Positions 8,659 to 19,300 of a stretch of 64,000 nucleotides of DNA are shown here, piece by piece. A program made the position numbers and the translations under genes. How positions within the stretch are numbered: the stretch's first letter is position 1; each line of letters starts with the position of its first letter. The DNA is from a virus, in IMG/VR virus record IMGVR_UViG_3300045988_111187, positions 1 through 64,000 of that record; one strand, given 5' to 3'. The notes below the pieces were generated by a model, which saw nothing but the letters and a program-made list of their open reading frames with translations, made no database searches and was not told where the DNA came from.

Positions 8659-9170
8659 AAACGATAAAAGTAGACAAAGTGGTTTTATATTACATGGATC
8701 GGGTAGACCCTGACGGGAACTTATACCGGTTCTATATGTATAAAGGAATGGCATCTGAAATAGAATACTTTTGCACGAAAGAGGCAGGTAATATAACCAT
8801 ACCAATCGGAGAAGGAAAGTATGTCAAGATCGTACCAAAAGAAATAGAGAGAATACCGGTAAGGGGATATAGGAAGCTTGCTGGAATATGGAATTGTGAA
8901 ACATGTAACGGAAAGGGATGGTACAGGCTTTTTAATTATTTCAAATACAAGCCGACCCTATGTTATTTTAAAAAAGCGGGACATGATGAAAATGGGAACA
9001 CAAGATACGAAATATCATTATTTAATGCCACTATGAATGTGACAAGGTATTTTAATCTGTGGAGAATGAAGCCAGGAAAGCATGCTATGATAACAAACGA
9101 GTGTGGCGCCTTGGATATTATAAAAGAAAAATTTGACAACATAAATATAGTGGAATATGGATCTAAATAA
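8655..9170 (+). CDS. hypothetical protein (171 aa)
   Basis: ORF; 4-nt overlap. Confidence 0.55.
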   Translation: MKTIKVDKVVLYYMDRVDPDGNLYRFYMYKGMASEIEYFCTKEAGNITIPIGEGKYVKIVPKEIERIPVRGYRKLAGIWNCETCNGKGWYRLFNYFKYKPTLCYFKKAGHDENGNTRYEISLFNATMNVTRYFNLWRMKPGKHAMITNECGALDIIKEKFDNINIVEYGSK

Positions 9171-9525
9171 ATTGTATAAAGAAATAGAAGAAGCAGAGGT
9201 CAGTCTGAATGCAAAAAGATTAAAGTACATCAAAGAAGCATTAACGGAGAACGGTGGAAGCGTAAAGCTAAAATTTAAAGAGTTTAAAGAATGGCAAGAA
9301 GCTAATAACGTGTTTGACTTTGATGATCAGTTTCCAGTGATAATAGAAATTGATGGAAATTCTATGTATTTAACGGAAGTGTATGTCAAAAAAAACGATT
9401 TTCGTGTAGTCATGCTGGATTATACTGATATGACTTTTTATGATTATAGCAATCCAGGGGAAAATGAACAGGTTGCTTATTTTATTAACTATTGCTTAAA
9501 TCAAGACAAAGATGGGAAAGAGTAG
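9157..9525 (+). CDS. hypothetical protein (122 aa)
   Basis: ORF. Confidence 0.5.
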   Translation: MDLNKLYKEIEEAEVSLNAKRLKYIKEALTENGGSVKLKFKEFKEWQEANNVFDFDDQFPVIIEIDGNSMYLTEVYVKKNDFRVVMLDYTDMTFYDYSNPGENEQVAYFINYCLNQDKDGKE

Positions 9526-9549
9526 AAAAGATTATGAGAAGTATCTAAA

Positions 9550-9750
9550 ATGAATGCTGACAAAAGTATGACTAAACATAATATTATTAATGCAGTAAAA
9601 TATGGGATTTGTGGATACCCATATCGTTTTTACATTGATTCATATTCGGGATATATTGTAGAATACCCAATAACACTAATAGAATGGGTTCAAGGTTTAA
9701 AGCCTGGAACAGTCATTAAAATAGGAAACGTATTCAGTTATCATTATTAA
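9550..9750 (+). CDS. hypothetical protein (66 aa)
   Basis: ORF. Confidence 0.4.
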   Translation: MNADKSMTKHNIINAVKYGICGYPYRFYIDSYSGYIVEYPITLIEWVQGLKPGTVIKIGNVFSYHY

Positions 9751-9761
9751 CAATATGCCTT

Positions 9762-10154
9762 ATGAAAACACAAGAAGAATATGCCCATGAGATTGACGAA
9801 ATTGTTCGCCGGGATGTGGAGAGTTGCCAGAGCGACTGGTTTAAGATTGATAGGGAAATATTTATGCTTCCTGAAAACAAGAACAAGATATTTATTTTGG
9901 GAACCAGAAAGACCGGATGCGATTTAATTATGCTGCATGGTACTAATTGTAATGAAATTACAATGGATAGAGTTTTTGGATGTCTTGGTAATGAGAAATT
10001 CTATGTTTGCCAACCAATATCTCTTTATAAAACACAACAAAATATCCAGGAAAGACCTGCCTTGTACGTTTTTAAAATAGCGACCGCATATTTCAGAGAG
10101 CAGGGTTTGGTCCCTGTATTTGAAGATTGTCATTGTAAACTAATGAAGTTATGA
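9762..10154 (+). CDS. hypothetical protein (130 aa)
   Basis: ORF. Confidence 0.5.
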   Translation: MKTQEEYAHEIDEIVRRDVESCQSDWFKIDREIFMLPENKNKIFILGTRKTGCDLIMLHGTNCNEITMDRVFGCLGNEKFYVCQPISLYKTQQNIQERPALYVFKIATAYFREQGLVPVFEDCHCKLMKL

Positions 10155-10387
10155 GTATAGAGATAATAATATATAGGCTTCCGGCTTATTGGGCTTGTGC
10201 TCTGATAAATGGTGATTATACTGGTTTATCGGATGAAGAAGAAAAGGAAATTAATAATTTCTTGAAACAAGCAGAAGGATATCCCGTAGATGTAGACTGG
10301 GAAACAGAAGGATTTTATCGGTGCAATGACGCTAATAATATAGCGGGAAATTGTGCCGATTTTATTTTTCACAAGTATAATGATTAA
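10151..10387 (+). CDS. hypothetical protein (78 aa)
   Basis: ORF; 4-nt overlap. Confidence 0.45.
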   Translation: MSIEIIIYRLPAYWACALINGDYTGLSDEEEKEINNFLKQAEGYPVDVDWETEGFYRCNDANNIAGNCADFIFHKYND

Positions 10388-10398
10388 ACTAAAATAAT

Positions 10399-11295
10399 AT
10401 GGAAACTGCAAACAAGCTAACTTATTTAAGTACAAAATTCTTTACAGAAAACGAAGAAGAATACAGAATAACGGCCAGGGTATCTTTAGATGATGATTGT
10501 CATAACAATATGTGTGACTGGAGCGTAACGGCTGATATTAGACAGAAAAATCAACAAGGAACGTATGTAGAGTATATGGGAGGTTGCTGCCACGATGAGG
10601 TTGCAAAACATTTTCCGGAATTGGCGAAATTTATACCATTGTGTTACAGTAATCATTATGGTGCTCCTATGTATCCGGCGGAAAATGGCATATATCACAT
10701 AAAGAATAGCGATAAGTCTGTGGCTATTGAATATTTACGTATATCAGACAAGGAATATTACAAATTATCTGAAGCGGTGGACGATAAGATGTATTTCAAG
10801 TATCTGCTTTTCAATCTGGGGATTGTGGATAGATGGAAACGTGAATCAGACGAGCTTCTTGTTGAACTTGAAAACCTGTGTGGCAAGAAATGGGTAAATC
10901 CGTATATACCGGAAAAGGAAAGGTTTACTTTGACATTAACAGACGAGGAACGTTCGCTTATTGAAGAGCGCATTAAAGCCGGGTATTATTCCGCAGAAAG
11001 TATCGAAAAATGTAGGGAAGAGGCTCATAAGGCAAAGATGTTGAAAAAGCGTGCTGAAATTTGTGAGCGATACAATAAGGAAATCAGACAAGCAGAAGCA
11101 GAAAAGAAGATAAAGCTCTGTGTGTTTGATTATGGGTTGCCTACTGATAATGTTATATACTACCCTCACTCAAACACTTTATCCTTCAACTGGAACAATT
11201 GTAAAAACAAAATTACACAAAAGGAGTTTGATGATTTTGTAAACAACGTAGACCGATCTCAGTTGCCGGAAGGCATCAAGTTTGAACTTAAATAA
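10399..11295 (+). CDS. hypothetical protein (298 aa)
   Basis: long ORF. Confidence 0.6.
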   Translation: METANKLTYLSTKFFTENEEEYRITARVSLDDDCHNNMCDWSVTADIRQKNQQGTYVEYMGGCCHDEVAKHFPELAKFIPLCYSNHYGAPMYPAENGIYHIKNSDKSVAIEYLRISDKEYYKLSEAVDDKMYFKYLLFNLGIVDRWKRESDELLVELENLCGKKWVNPYIPEKERFTLTLTDEERSLIEERIKAGYYSAESIEKCREEAHKAKMLKKRAEICERYNKEIRQAEAEKKIKLCVFDYGLPTDNVIYYPHSNTLSFNWNNCKNKITQKEFDDFVNNVDRSQLPEGIKFELK

Positions 11296-11596
11296 AATAC
11301 GGGATATGGAAAGATTGAATTTTGAAACATTGTTTCGTGTTGTAAGATGGGATTACAACCGTTGTTTTAAGGATGAATCACTGGACAAGGATTTGTTCAT
11401 AGAAAAATACGGGAAAGTTATGGGAGAACATTATTACAACAAGTTTGTCCATGAATTTGACGGGAATATCCTGAAGATGATTGGCTACTTCAGAGGTTCC
11501 GAAAAAGAAGGGCAAGTGTTCTGCGATATGATAACCGAACGTATTGAAAAATATGAACAAAGAGGATTATATAGTAGAGGTAAGTTAAACAATTAA
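11282..11596 (+). CDS. hypothetical protein (104 aa)
   Basis: ORF. Confidence 0.45.
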   Translation: MNLNKIRDMERLNFETLFRVVRWDYNRCFKDESLDKDLFIEKYGKVMGEHYYNKFVHEFDGNILKMIGYFRGSEKEGQVFCDMITERIEKYEQRGLYSRGKLNN

Positions 11597-11608
11597 AAAG
11601 ATACTTAT

Positions 11609-12670
11609 ATGAACAATTCAATGGTCGCTCACTTATGGGCAAACGAAAAACAAGAATCAGCGCATGGTAGTAACTTCTATTTTGAAGGAGAAAGTATTTA
11701 CTCCTATGGAAGTCATTTTGAGGTTGGAAGAATCGTGCGGAACAAGCGTGGAGAAAAGGCGTATTTGATTAATGATGGATATTATTCTTCTACTACAAGC
11801 AAGCATCAATATTATATTCGTGAAGCAATACCAACTGGCTCAAAGGTATTCAGTGTTGGATATAATATGTCAAATACTGGTAATATGGCATTTGTCACCA
11901 GTGGGTTGGAATCCATTAAAGATGCTATTGAAAAATACAAGAAAGCCAGAACTGAATTGCCTTATCAGAATGTTTGGGGAGCGTTTAAAAATCTGATGGG
12001 TTATATTGAGTTCTTCGATATGGGGACTCCCAAGAGTCTTCTTAAAAAGAGCGCAAACGAATGGCTTGGAACCAACCATGAATTATCAAGGAAATCAGAT
12101 AAGATTAAACGTGAACATGCCCGTGAATTGAAACGTATTTTCCAGATATTGTTGAATCATCAAGCACTGGAAGTCATTGGGACCGTAAATGTGATTGTAG
12201 ATGAAGTTTGTGGTGAAGGAACATGGGCTAAATATACGATCAGATGCCAAAGATGGACAGAAGGTTGTGAAAAGAGAGAGGCTATAGTCCTTGAAAAGGC
12301 AAGAAAAGAGGAAGAGGCCCGTAACAAAACATTGGAAGAACGGATACAAATGTGGAAGTATGGCGAGATTTCCCAGTTAAGTTATTATTGTCGGTTTGAG
12401 AATGATCAGCCGAACGTATGGTTGCGTATTAAGAATGGAAAAATCGAAACCAGTAAGGGTATCAAAGTAGAACTAACTGAAGCTGAAAGACTTTGGAGAT
12501 TGATTAAGGTCTTCCATAATGGCGGTCAGTTCCAGCACGATTTGGCATTGGATGTAACCGGTCACAGATGGGCGTTCAATCGTTATGAAAACGATATGCT
12601 GACTGCTGGATGTCATCGTATTGCGTATAGCGAGATGGAAAGTATTGCAAAACAACTGGGATGGGCGTAA
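11609..12670 (+). CDS. hypothetical protein (353 aa)
   Basis: long ORF. Confidence 0.6.
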   Translation: MNNSMVAHLWANEKQESAHGSNFYFEGESIYSYGSHFEVGRIVRNKRGEKAYLINDGYYSSTTSKHQYYIREAIPTGSKVFSVGYNMSNTGNMAFVTSGLESIKDAIEKYKKARTELPYQNVWGAFKNLMGYIEFFDMGTPKSLLKKSANEWLGTNHELSRKSDKIKREHARELKRIFQILLNHQALEVIGTVNVIVDEVCGEGTWAKYTIRCQRWTEGCEKREAIVLEKARKEEEARNKTLEERIQMWKYGEISQLSYYCRFENDQPNVWLRIKNGKIETSKGIKVELTEAERLWRLIKVFHNGGQFQHDLALDVTGHRWAFNRYENDMLTAGCHRIAYSEMESIAKQLGWA

Positions 12671-12710
12671 GTAACCCATCCTATTTTATAACAATTAAAA
12701 ACGAAAAGAT

Positions 12711-13451
12711 ATGAAAAATTCAATTGTTGTTCCGTTTGATTTAAATACGGCGAGAAAAATTAAAAGTGGAGAAATAGAAGGTTCGGTGTTAATTAATAAT
12801 ATTGAAATAGAATTTGTATATGAGTCGAAAGACTGTGCAGGTCCTTATAATTTACTTTTTGTAAGAAAAGATGAATATGGAATAAGCGCTATATATGCTA
12901 ACACAGAAGGTTGTGCTCTTGGCGATACCACTCTGGAATTGAGGGTAGAGGCTGGAGCGTATTTTAAGGAAGGAGATATATTAACAAGCGCTAAAGGATG
13001 TCAATTCATATATGATGGACTTATTACCGAAGGGGCAATGGGAAGTATATGCGGAATGACAACATATGGAGATATTGAGTTTGATCGTTGCACATTATGG
13101 ACTGATGTGTATGACAGAGATAAAAATCGGAATGTAAGAAAGGCTATAGAAGAAGAGAAGAAATTTTTAGCAGAAAAGATTATAAAAGCCGAAGACAGTA
13201 GAAAAATAAATATAATAAAAAGATATTTAAGTGAATATGAGTATCTATTAGATGAGATGCCGAAACACGACTTCAAACCATTTGAACGAGTGCTGGTGAG
13301 AAGAACTAACCAAGAGAGGTGGAAATTGCATTTATTCTCCAGAGGATCAGGAACATATGACGAATATGAATGTTTGGGAGGCGTAACATTTAGTCAGTGT
13401 ATCCCATACGAAGGGAACGAACATCTTTTAGGAACTAACAAAAATTTTTAG
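12711..13451 (+). CDS. hypothetical protein, paralog A (246 aa)
   Basis: shares N- and C-terminal motifs with the gene at 13803-14543 (PFDL.TA.KI..GE...; ..YECL.GV.F..CIP.EGNE.LLG). Confidence 0.6.
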   Translation: MKNSIVVPFDLNTARKIKSGEIEGSVLINNIEIEFVYESKDCAGPYNLLFVRKDEYGISAIYANTEGCALGDTTLELRVEAGAYFKEGDILTSAKGCQFIYDGLITEGAMGSICGMTTYGDIEFDRCTLWTDVYDRDKNRNVRKAIEEEKKFLAEKIIKAEDSRKINIIKRYLSEYEYLLDEMPKHDFKPFERVLVRRTNQERWKLHLFSRGSGTYDEYECLGGVTFSQCIPYEGNEHLLGTNKNF

Positions 13452-13736
13452 GAACTAAGGTGATTATACACCATTTTATATCAAAAATGAAAAATGATAT
13501 ACATTTGTACGAAGCATCATACTGGGTATCACCAATACCCTCTACCGGTTGCTCAAGAGTGAGATCGCCGGATTCTTTTACCGAACAAAACGTTTTTGAT
13601 TTTACCCATCTTACGTTTTCAAGATGGAACCTTATATCAAAGACCTCTTTTACCCAACCGTCTTGTCCGAAACAAGGGACTGAGTGATTCGATTGAGTGA
13701 AACAAAGTTAGAAAAGAAGAATATGAAATTAATCAT

Positions 13737-13764
13737 CATCCGTATGTTTTACAACATACGGATG
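13737..13764 (+). other. perfect 12-bp stem / 4-nt loop hairpin (catccgtatgtt-ttac-aacatacggatg) between the tandem paralogs
   Basis: read directly; no T-run follows. Confidence 0.6.
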
Positions 13765-13802
13765 TCGTAAAATAGTATATAATTACTAAAACAAATAAGA
13801 TT

Positions 13803-14543
13803 ATGGAACATAAAATGGTAACAATCCCGTTTGATTTAGAAACGGCAAAGAAAATAAGAAAAGGCGAAAGATTAGGTCAGATTGTGGCAGAGAAAGGACG
13901 AAATAGAGCAGAAATAGTATATGAAGATAATTTGTGTAATGAATATCCTTTATTGGTTGTAATTCATTCGATTCCTGTATTAGCGGATTGGTTTTCGTCC
14001 ACGGGGAAAGCGTTTAACGACGCAAATCGTCTTCTTCTTGAAGTTCCAGAATATGCCACATTCAAAGATGGAGATGTGCTAAGCAACGAAGAAGGAAATT
14101 ATATTTTTATCTTAAATACTAATGGGAAATATTTAACATCTTTGTATGCGAGTCTTGCAGCGGGAACAAGTCTTAATATATCGGATAATATTGCTGCAAG
14201 CGAAAACAATATAGAACGTTATAGACTTGCAACAGATTCGGAAAAACAGAGGATGATTAACGCATTAAAGGCAAGCAAGAATCCAAAGGCTAAGGAATAT
14301 CTGAAACGCTTCTTCGGAATTGAAGAAAAGCCGAAATATGATTTTAAGCCGTTTGACAAAGTGTTAGTAAAATATTATGAAGATGACAATTGGGAGGGCA
14401 ATTTATTCATAAGAACAATTACAGACGATCAGGATGGGGAGACTAAATATGAATGTTTGAATGGGGTGGTGTTTGTTCATTGTATTCCTTTTGAGGGTAA
14501 CGAGTGTCTTTTGGGAATTACTGAAAATCCAGAAAAAAAATGA
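13803..14543 (+). CDS. hypothetical protein, paralog B (246 aa)
   Basis: same length and end motifs as paralog A. Confidence 0.6.
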   Translation: MEHKMVTIPFDLETAKKIRKGERLGQIVAEKGRNRAEIVYEDNLCNEYPLLVVIHSIPVLADWFSSTGKAFNDANRLLLEVPEYATFKDGDVLSNEEGNYIFILNTNGKYLTSLYASLAAGTSLNISDNIAASENNIERYRLATDSEKQRMINALKASKNPKAKEYLKRFFGIEEKPKYDFKPFDKVLVKYYEDDNWEGNLFIRTITDDQDGETKYECLNGVVFVHCIPFEGNECLLGITENPEKK

Positions 14544-14683
14544 AAACGGTAAAATTATCCGATTTTTCTCCTTATGACAGGAACAAAGGAGGAATACAAG
14601 AATTTTCTGATTGGCATCACTCCGATATATAAGAGACATTTGTGGAGCGAAGAAGTAAATGTTATAAATGATAAACAATAAAT

Positions 14684-14959
14684 ATGAAAACAAGAACATA
14701 CGAAGGAATACGGCACGGAGACTGGGTAAGATGTGTCTTATGTGGAGCACAAATGCTTCTTCCATGTGGAGCTGATAAATGCCCGGAATGTAGCAGTGAA
14801 GGTACTTTAACGTGGGTAGATGAGAATAGGCAAGAAATGGATGCTAAACATCTGGATTGTCTTGTTCCAATACGCAAATTGGAGTTACAAGAATATCTGT
14901 CCCCAGATATTTTGAAAATAGAATATACATATGAAAATCGAATACATACAAAAATGTAA
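14684..14959 (+). CDS. zinc-ribbon hypothetical protein (91 aa)
   Basis: CxxC ... CxxC pairs. Confidence 0.5.
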   Translation: MKTRTYEGIRHGDWVRCVLCGAQMLLPCGADKCPECSSEGTLTWVDENRQEMDAKHLDCLVPIRKLELQEYLSPDILKIEYTYENRIHTKM

Positions 14960-15230
14960 ATGCAGAGCAGTCACTATCAATTTTAATAATGGTGCTTCGA
15001 ATAGCATGTTTTGGGAAACATTTGAAAGATTGGATTTGGATGCTGGTGATGCCACATGGCTTCACCAGTCCTGCTGCTGTGACCACTGTGTCAATCACTG
15101 GGGGATAGACCTGTGTGAGTGTGGATCAGGACAGAAGGTGGGAGAATGTGAATGTGGATCCCAAAAGGCACATGATACATTGGGAATTAAATATGATTCC
15201 TTTGGAGCAATTTTAAAAGCATTTAGATAA
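14931..15230 (+). CDS. Cys-rich hypothetical protein (99 aa)
   Basis: CECGSG ... ECECGS repeats. Confidence 0.45.
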   Translation: MKIEYIQKCKCRAVTINFNNGASNSMFWETFERLDLDAGDATWLHQSCCCDHCVNHWGIDLCECGSGQKVGECECGSQKAHDTLGIKYDSFGAILKAFR

Positions 15231-15233
15231 ATT

Positions 15234-15716
15234 ATGTACATATTGAGTAAATATACAGCCCTTTTAGGGCAAAAAAAGTTAAAAGAAGATTTTGTAAAAG
15301 AGTTATCATTGATACTTTCAAAATCTGATGGATACCAAATAGTTCCAGGTAAATTAACTTTTGTGTATTTTTCGGAGTTAAAAGATTGGTCGGTTAGAGA
15401 TATGGGTAATCAAGGGAAATTATCAGAAGAAGATGAAGCTTTGATAAACAAAGTAACCCATATGTTATTTGATATCAATTGTGATTTTGAATCTGTTATA
15501 AGAATGTTATACAGCTTTCGTAATGGTCCTAAATCGGGAATAAAAGTAGCGGATCCAGAAGATAACTACGAATGGACTAACAAGGATGGAAATGAAAAAT
15601 ATTCTACTAAGAATCTTCCGAAAGCACATTTTAGATGGAATTGGAGAAGATATACTTTATCAAAGGAATCTGTTGACAAAATAACAGAGTTTGTAGACAT
15701 TATATTAAAATCATAG
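15234..15716 (+). CDS. hypothetical protein (160 aa)
   Basis: ORF. Confidence 0.5.
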   Translation: MYILSKYTALLGQKKLKEDFVKELSLILSKSDGYQIVPGKLTFVYFSELKDWSVRDMGNQGKLSEEDEALINKVTHMLFDINCDFESVIRMLYSFRNGPKSGIKVADPEDNYEWTNKDGNEKYSTKNLPKAHFRWNWRRYTLSKESVDKITEFVDIILKS

Positions 15717-15719
15717 CTT

Positions 15720-16124
15720 ATGAGAAACGAATTTAGAGAAATAGAAAAGACATTGCAATTAATCAACGAACAGAGAAAAGCGGCTGAAGAGAAGTTAAAA
15801 TATATCGTAAACATGGCAATAGTAGATGCTTCGAAGGATTATCCTGTAAAGAGATTGGGACCAAATATTATATCAGTAAGGTTTTCAGATCTTATAGGGA
15901 ATCCCTGGAACCAGCAGTATTATGACTGGGTGGAGGCTTCGAAAGTAGTAATGAAATATTTGAGCGAACAGGATGCCGACAAATGGAAAGACAAATTGAT
16001 CGAATTGTTGGGAGGAGACACAGAATCGAGAAAACCGGTTATGTTTAAAAACGGGAAAGGAGGATGCTTTTATCAAATACCAGTAAACAGAAAATTCATT
16101 GTTAAAATCATAGAGAAATTATGA
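15720..16124 (+). CDS. hypothetical protein (134 aa)
   Basis: ORF. Confidence 0.5.
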   Translation: MRNEFREIEKTLQLINEQRKAAEEKLKYIVNMAIVDASKDYPVKRLGPNIISVRFSDLIGNPWNQQYYDWVEASKVVMKYLSEQDADKWKDKLIELLGGDTESRKPVMFKNGKGGCFYQIPVNRKFIVKIIEKL

Positions 16125-16375
16125 ACGAAGTAATTTTAAGCAACATGTTAGGATGTCAGACATATTGTATATCAGACAGTCCTTCGAATAGATACTGTCT
16201 TATTGGACCTATTGAGTGCAATGAGAAGTTAATAGAAATGTTTAAGAAGGGAATAATAGTAAAACTCAAACACGTGGAAAAACGGGTCCTGGATACATTT
16301 ACGAATAATGGAATTGACCTGAGTAATTACACTCACTGTATTATTGTGAAGCGGGATTTTTATCTCGCCTGGTAA
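16121..16375 (+). CDS. hypothetical protein (84 aa)
   Basis: ORF; 4-nt overlap. Confidence 0.45.
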   Translation: MNEVILSNMLGCQTYCISDSPSNRYCLIGPIECNEKLIEMFKKGIIVKLKHVEKRVLDTFTNNGIDLSNYTHCIIVKRDFYLAW

Positions 16376-16612
16376 CAGAAAAACATAAATGACATGAACA
16401 ATTTTGTAATAGATACTCCTGATAACTTCTGGCAAATAAGATGGCTTGACAAATACATGGAAGGTCATATAAGTATAAGGGATATGGTTACAATATGTGT
16501 AGGGAGACAAAGAAAAAGCTTCTGCAAGCTCTTAAGGGTGTGAATGTAGAAGAGGAAGACGTATCTTTGTATGCTGATGGAGGATGGGATTAATTGAAAA
16601 AAATAGAATATT

Positions 16613-17449
16613 ATGAGTGCAAGTAAAGAATACAAAATAATAAGAAACTTCATATTAAATGAGCTTCACATTACAAAAGAAGACATAATCAAAAACATAG
16701 AACCATTATTGGAAAAACTTGTAAAACAGTGTATGAATAATACATATGGGAATAACAATCAAATAGAATATTGGATCAGATGTATGGTGAATGACGAACT
16801 TAAACAAAAAGAAGGTTATGGTTTTGTAAGAAAAATATGTGGGGAGGTTATAAAAGATCATGTGTTGGATAATCTGGATATAATTGTAAGACCTAAAAAT
16901 GAAAGATGCACATGTGAAAATCGAGTACCATCAAGAGGAGATGGTTTGTATTTAATCTACAAAGACAGACGCTTAGAGTCGTTTACTGGAGAGAATAGCA
17001 AAGAGAATGTGCGGTATATCGGGTTAAAGTACAAAGACGTATCGTTTGCTATTTCGCTAACAGAGCATAATAAGGTGCAATTGCTTGATCGTGATAGCCT
17101 CGAAGAATTTGGACATGAAACATATTACGAACGTGAATGTGATGCGCTGTTTGATTTTGACGGACAGAAAAATACGGAATGCCTTGTAGTCAGAAATCCA
17201 AAGTTGAGAAATCTGCTGGAAGATGGCGAATACATCCCTTCGTTGGGACAACTCAGCCTAATGGCGCATTACAAAATAAACGATGCGCTTGAATACATAG
17301 GTGCAGAACCGTTAGTCTCCTCGGCGTGGTATTGGTCCAGTACTGAGTTCAGCCAGAACGGCGCGTGGTTCGTGTACTTCTCCAATGGCTACACGAGCAC
17401 CGGTAACAAGTACAACAGTATCAGGGTTCGGGCGGTGATTGATTTTTAA
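16613..17449 (+). CDS. hypothetical protein (278 aa) with a GC-rich 3' end
   Basis: long ORF. Confidence 0.55.
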   Translation: MSASKEYKIIRNFILNELHITKEDIIKNIEPLLEKLVKQCMNNTYGNNNQIEYWIRCMVNDELKQKEGYGFVRKICGEVIKDHVLDNLDIIVRPKNERCTCENRVPSRGDGLYLIYKDRRLESFTGENSKENVRYIGLKYKDVSFAISLTEHNKVQLLDRDSLEEFGHETYYERECDALFDFDGQKNTECLVVRNPKLRNLLEDGEYIPSLGQLSLMAHYKINDALEYIGAEPLVSSAWYWSSTEFSQNGAWFVYFSNGYTSTGNKYNSIRVRAVIDF

Positions 17450-17464
17450 AAAGGTATTACAGCT

Positions 17465-18262
17465 ATGATAACATCCATAAAAATAAAAGACAATACAAAG
17501 ACTCCTTTTAAATATGCTTCTGACATAGAAGCGTTTGAAAATGGCAGAGAATTTATTTTCAAGCCAGGAGTGAATGTAATTATAGGCAAAAATGGTAGTG
17601 GAAAATCAACTTTACTTAACATCATATCAATGTATGCGTTATGTGAGAAGTCCATGTGCTCTGAAATGCCGGATGAGGCGCTGGATTTTCCACCTATATT
17701 TGATGATGATGACAAGGTTCTTGATGGGATTGATATATCATCCGATTATATAGGGAAAGTATTCCGTTTATTGCCGTCAACGGAGACAAATCGAGATAGT
17801 GTATTAAAAAACATCAGCAATTTCGATTTGTATGCGAATAGTATTCAAAAATCTTATGGGGAAAAAGTGGTGTTATCACTGGAATCGCTTTTCAATTTAA
17901 TGTTCAACCAAAAGGATTATGCGTTTCCAATGCAAGATCTTGCAGAATACAAGAAAAAATCAAATGCGTTTTGGATTAAAAGAATTGACAACCTGTTGAA
18001 GTATTATAGAAGGAACTGCATAACATTAACAGAAAGCAGTTTTGAGTACACGGTTCTCATGGATGAGCCAGACAGGAACCTTGACATTGACAACATAATG
18101 CAGATTCACAATGTATTGTCATTTCATAAACCACAAACACAAATTATAGCCATAATACACAATCCGGCATTGATTTACAAATTAAGTAAATTAGATTGTG
18201 TGAATTTCATAGAGATGACAGAAGGGTATCTTAATAAAACTTGTACATTTGTGTCTAACTAA
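17465..18262 (+). CDS. ABC-type (AAA_21-like) ATPase, 265 aa, no other domains
   Basis: Walker A GKNGSGKST; Walker B/D-loop VLMDEPDRNLD; H-loop-like IIHNPAL. Confidence 0.6.
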   Translation: MITSIKIKDNTKTPFKYASDIEAFENGREFIFKPGVNVIIGKNGSGKSTLLNIISMYALCEKSMCSEMPDEALDFPPIFDDDDKVLDGIDISSDYIGKVFRLLPSTETNRDSVLKNISNFDLYANSIQKSYGEKVVLSLESLFNLMFNQKDYAFPMQDLAEYKKKSNAFWIKRIDNLLKYYRRNCITLTESSFEYTVLMDEPDRNLDIDNIMQIHNVLSFHKPQTQIIAIIHNPALIYKLSKLDCVNFIEMTEGYLNKTCTFVSN

Positions 18263-18273
18263 TTAAAGGTGAG

Positions 18274-18582
18274 ATGAACTGGAAGAAATTCAAAGAGGAA
18301 AAACCTCCAGAGGGAGAAGAAGTGTTGGCCTATCACCCAAGTTGGATAGATGAAGATTTCAACCCAAGAGGTATAAGAATAGGGTTTTGGAATGGAGGGG
18401 ACGATTTTAAATCGGCTCATTGGTGGGATTATCAAGATTGTTATATCACAATCTCTCATTGTGATTGTGATGATAATTCGCTTTTCAGTGATAGAATAAA
18501 AAACAGCATAGAGCCAGAGTTATGGATATCACTTGATGTTATTACAAATTACTTACCTAACATAAAACAAAATCACTTATAA
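18274..18582 (+). CDS. hypothetical W-rich protein (102 aa)
   Basis: ORF. Confidence 0.45.
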   Translation: MNWKKFKEEKPPEGEEVLAYHPSWIDEDFNPRGIRIGFWNGGDDFKSAHWWDYQDCYITISHCDCDDNSLFSDRIKNSIEPELWISLDVITNYLPNIKQNHL

Positions 18583-18584
18583 CA

Positions 18585-18968
18585 ATGAGCTATTTTATAT
18601 TAATGGGAAGAAGAATCCCAAAACAAGCCGTAACAGGCTTCAAGTTTCAAAATGAAACAGATAACATTCGTCCTTTCCTGTCAATCAGGATAAGAGGGAA
18701 GGAGGAAATTATACCCCTTAAAGATAAAAGAGAAATACTGTCCGTGAAAGCACATCTGTGCTCTGTCTTCTCCGGGTTTGTGAAAATAGGCGACTGGTAT
18801 CTCAAGATGTCGGAAGTTAAGGAATATAAGCCGGTGACTGCCGAAGACATGAACCCCTACATCTTGTTTAAGACATCTAAGTTCGGAAATATAAAAGTTC
18901 GTTTTCCGAAAGATGAAGATATGAATGCGGAATTGTTGGTGCTATATCAACTTTTTGACGTAGAATGA
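18585..18968 (+). CDS. hypothetical protein (127 aa)
   Basis: ORF. Confidence 0.45.
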   Translation: MSYFILMGRRIPKQAVTGFKFQNETDNIRPFLSIRIRGKEEIIPLKDKREILSVKAHLCSVFSGFVKIGDWYLKMSEVKEYKPVTAEDMNPYILFKTSKFGNIKVRFPKDEDMNAELLVLYQLFDVE

Positions 18969-19009
18969 ATTAGTAAGGTAATTATATACCTAAAATAATA
19001 TAAAGAGAT

Positions 19010-19273
19010 ATGAGCAAATACAGAACAAAAGCCGGAATAGAATGCACGGAAGAAGAATGCAAGCTAATTGATTCATTTAAGAGGCTTGCCAAAAAATGGA
19101 AGAAAGATGGGAAACGATTATGGATATATTCAGCAAGCGGAACATTACATGTAATGATGCATGGAGATACAAACTATAATCCCACACCGGAATTTACGCA
19201 ATATGGAGGCAGTAACATTGAAAATAGTATAACCATCATTGATGGAATACCAAATGATGGCGGAGATTGGTAA
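19010..19273 (+). CDS. hypothetical protein (87 aa)
   Basis: ORF. Confidence 0.45.
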   Translation: MSKYRTKAGIECTEEECKLIDSFKRLAKKWKKDGKRLWIYSASGTLHVMMHGDTNYNPTPEFTQYGGSNIENSITIIDGIPNDGGDW

Positions 19274-19300
19274 TAATATTCATTTTTAAAAGTTAGAGTT

